From the NCBI RefSeq assembly GCF_963921235.1, contig NC_086109.1, forward strand, positions 32,676,001 to 32,740,000: a stretch of DNA of 64,000 nt, read 5' to 3'. Below are positions 62,858 through 64,000 of the stretch, piece after piece. The stretch comes from Mobula hypostoma. Lineage: Eukaryota. The notes under the pieces are model-generated. The model ran no database searches. It saw only the letters and a program-made list of their open reading frames with translations, and was not told where the DNA came from. The number at the start of each line of letters is the position of its first letter. The stretch's first letter is position 1. The position numbers and the translations under genes are program-made.

Positions 62858-63555
62858 AAGCACAAGGAAATCTGCAGATGCTGGAAATTCAAGCAACACA
62901 CACAAAATGCTGGTGGAACACAGCAGGCCAGGCAGCATCTATAGGAAGAGGTACCGTCGATGTTTTGGGCCGAGACCAAAAAAGGGTAAATAAATAGATA
63001 GATTGATAAGAGATGGGGTACGAAAGGGAGGAGGGCATTAACGGAAGTTAGAGAAGTCAATGTTCATGCCATCAGGTTGGAGGCTACCCAGACGGAATAT
63101 AAGGTGTTGTTCCTCCAACCTGAGTGTGGCTTCATCTTTACAGTAGAGGAGGCCATGGATAGACATGTCAGAATGGGAATGGGATGCAGAATTAAAATGT
63201 GTGGCCACTGGGAGATCCTGCTTTCTCTGGCGGACAGAGCGTGGGTGTTCAGCAAAACGGTCTCCCAGTCTGCGTTGGGTCTCGCCAATATATAGAAGGC
63301 CACATCGGGAGCACCGGACGCAGTATATTACCCCAGCCGACTCACAGGGGAAGTGTTGCCTCACCTGGAAGGACTGTCTGGGGCCCTGAATGGTGGTGAG
63401 GGAGGAAGTGTAAGGGCATGTCTAGCACTTGTTCCGCTTACAAGGATAAGTGCCAGGAGGGAGATCAGTGGGAAGAGATGGGGGGGACGAATGGACAAGG
63501 GAGTCACGTAGGGAGCAATCCCTGTGGAAAGCAGAATGAGGGGAGGAGGGAAAGA
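62858..63555 (-). mobile_element. 5'-truncated Penelope-like element
   Basis: GIY-YIG ORF plus 3' UTR homologous to the palindrome arms, with an internal UTR deletion removing part of the hammerhead. Confidence 0.88.
63038..63364 (-). pseudogene. Penelope GIY-YIG endonuclease domain
   Basis: C..GVIYCVRCSRCGLLYIGETQRRLGDRFAEH..VATHFN..H..RLEEQHLIFRLGSLQPDGMN. Confidence 0.88.
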
Positions 63556-63557
63556 TA

Positions 63558-63622
63558 CAGTACTGCGTAAAAGTCTTAGGTGCCCTAGCTATATATGTGC
63601 CTAAGGCTTTTGCACAGTACTA
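63558..63622. mobile_element. 65-bp Tc1-type MITE
   Basis: TA|CAGTACTGCGTAAAAGTCTTAGG...CCTAAGGCTTTTGCACAGTACTA|TA; almost entirely TIR. Confidence 0.8.
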
Positions 63623-64000
63623 TATTTACTACATTTGTCAACGTGAAGCGGACAGCGAGTTTGTAAATCTGGCAGGAGCATAAGATGTTGGGAATGGTGA
63701 GGGTGGAGTGCAGAGGGAAGGGTGTGGGACAAGGTGCAGAGGAGAGCCGGTGGCACGGGTGTAGACACACACTCCCAGCCCTGAGACACCAGGCAAGGTC
63801 ATTTGTTTCCAAACATCTGGTTTATTAATTATTACAGAATGCCTCTCTGTTGATTCCCACTCCCTCTCCTCTTCTTTCTCCTCTTCCCAACCATGATTGC
63901 CCTCTCCCTGTCCCCTTCCTACTCTCAGTCCACAATAGACACCCATATGAGAATCAGGTTAATCATCACTCGCATATGTCATGGAATTTCTTTTTTTGTC

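Overview
Eukaryotic, repeat-dense window with no recognisable host protein-coding exon. The repeat set suggests a cartilaginous fish, probably a ray (inference). It comprises CR1 LINEs, Rex1/Babar LINEs, short Penelope-derived palindromes, V-/Deu-type SINEs and a 65-bp Tc1 MITE. Main contents: (1) a decayed retrovirus-like LTR element on the minus strand (9044-14587) with a tRNA-Leu PBS, PPT, two-CCHC Gag, protease and integrase, an almost entirely deleted RT, no env, and an extra PPT-plus-LTR stub upstream of its 5' LTR; (2) many CR1 copies, including one uninterrupted 929-codon ORF2; (3) Buster/hAT, Tc1, Chapaev3-like and mariner-like DNA transposon fossils; (4) solo LTRs; (5) internally deleted non-autonomous LINEs; (6) Penelope-like (GIY-YIG) elements carrying minimal hammerhead ribozyme motifs. 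The most notable of these is a 1.33-kb palindromic insertion with a 14-bp TSD whose central spacer begins one base from the predicted ribozyme cleavage site. Family assignments come from motif recognition by eye, not database searches. Boundaries of degraded repeats are approximate.
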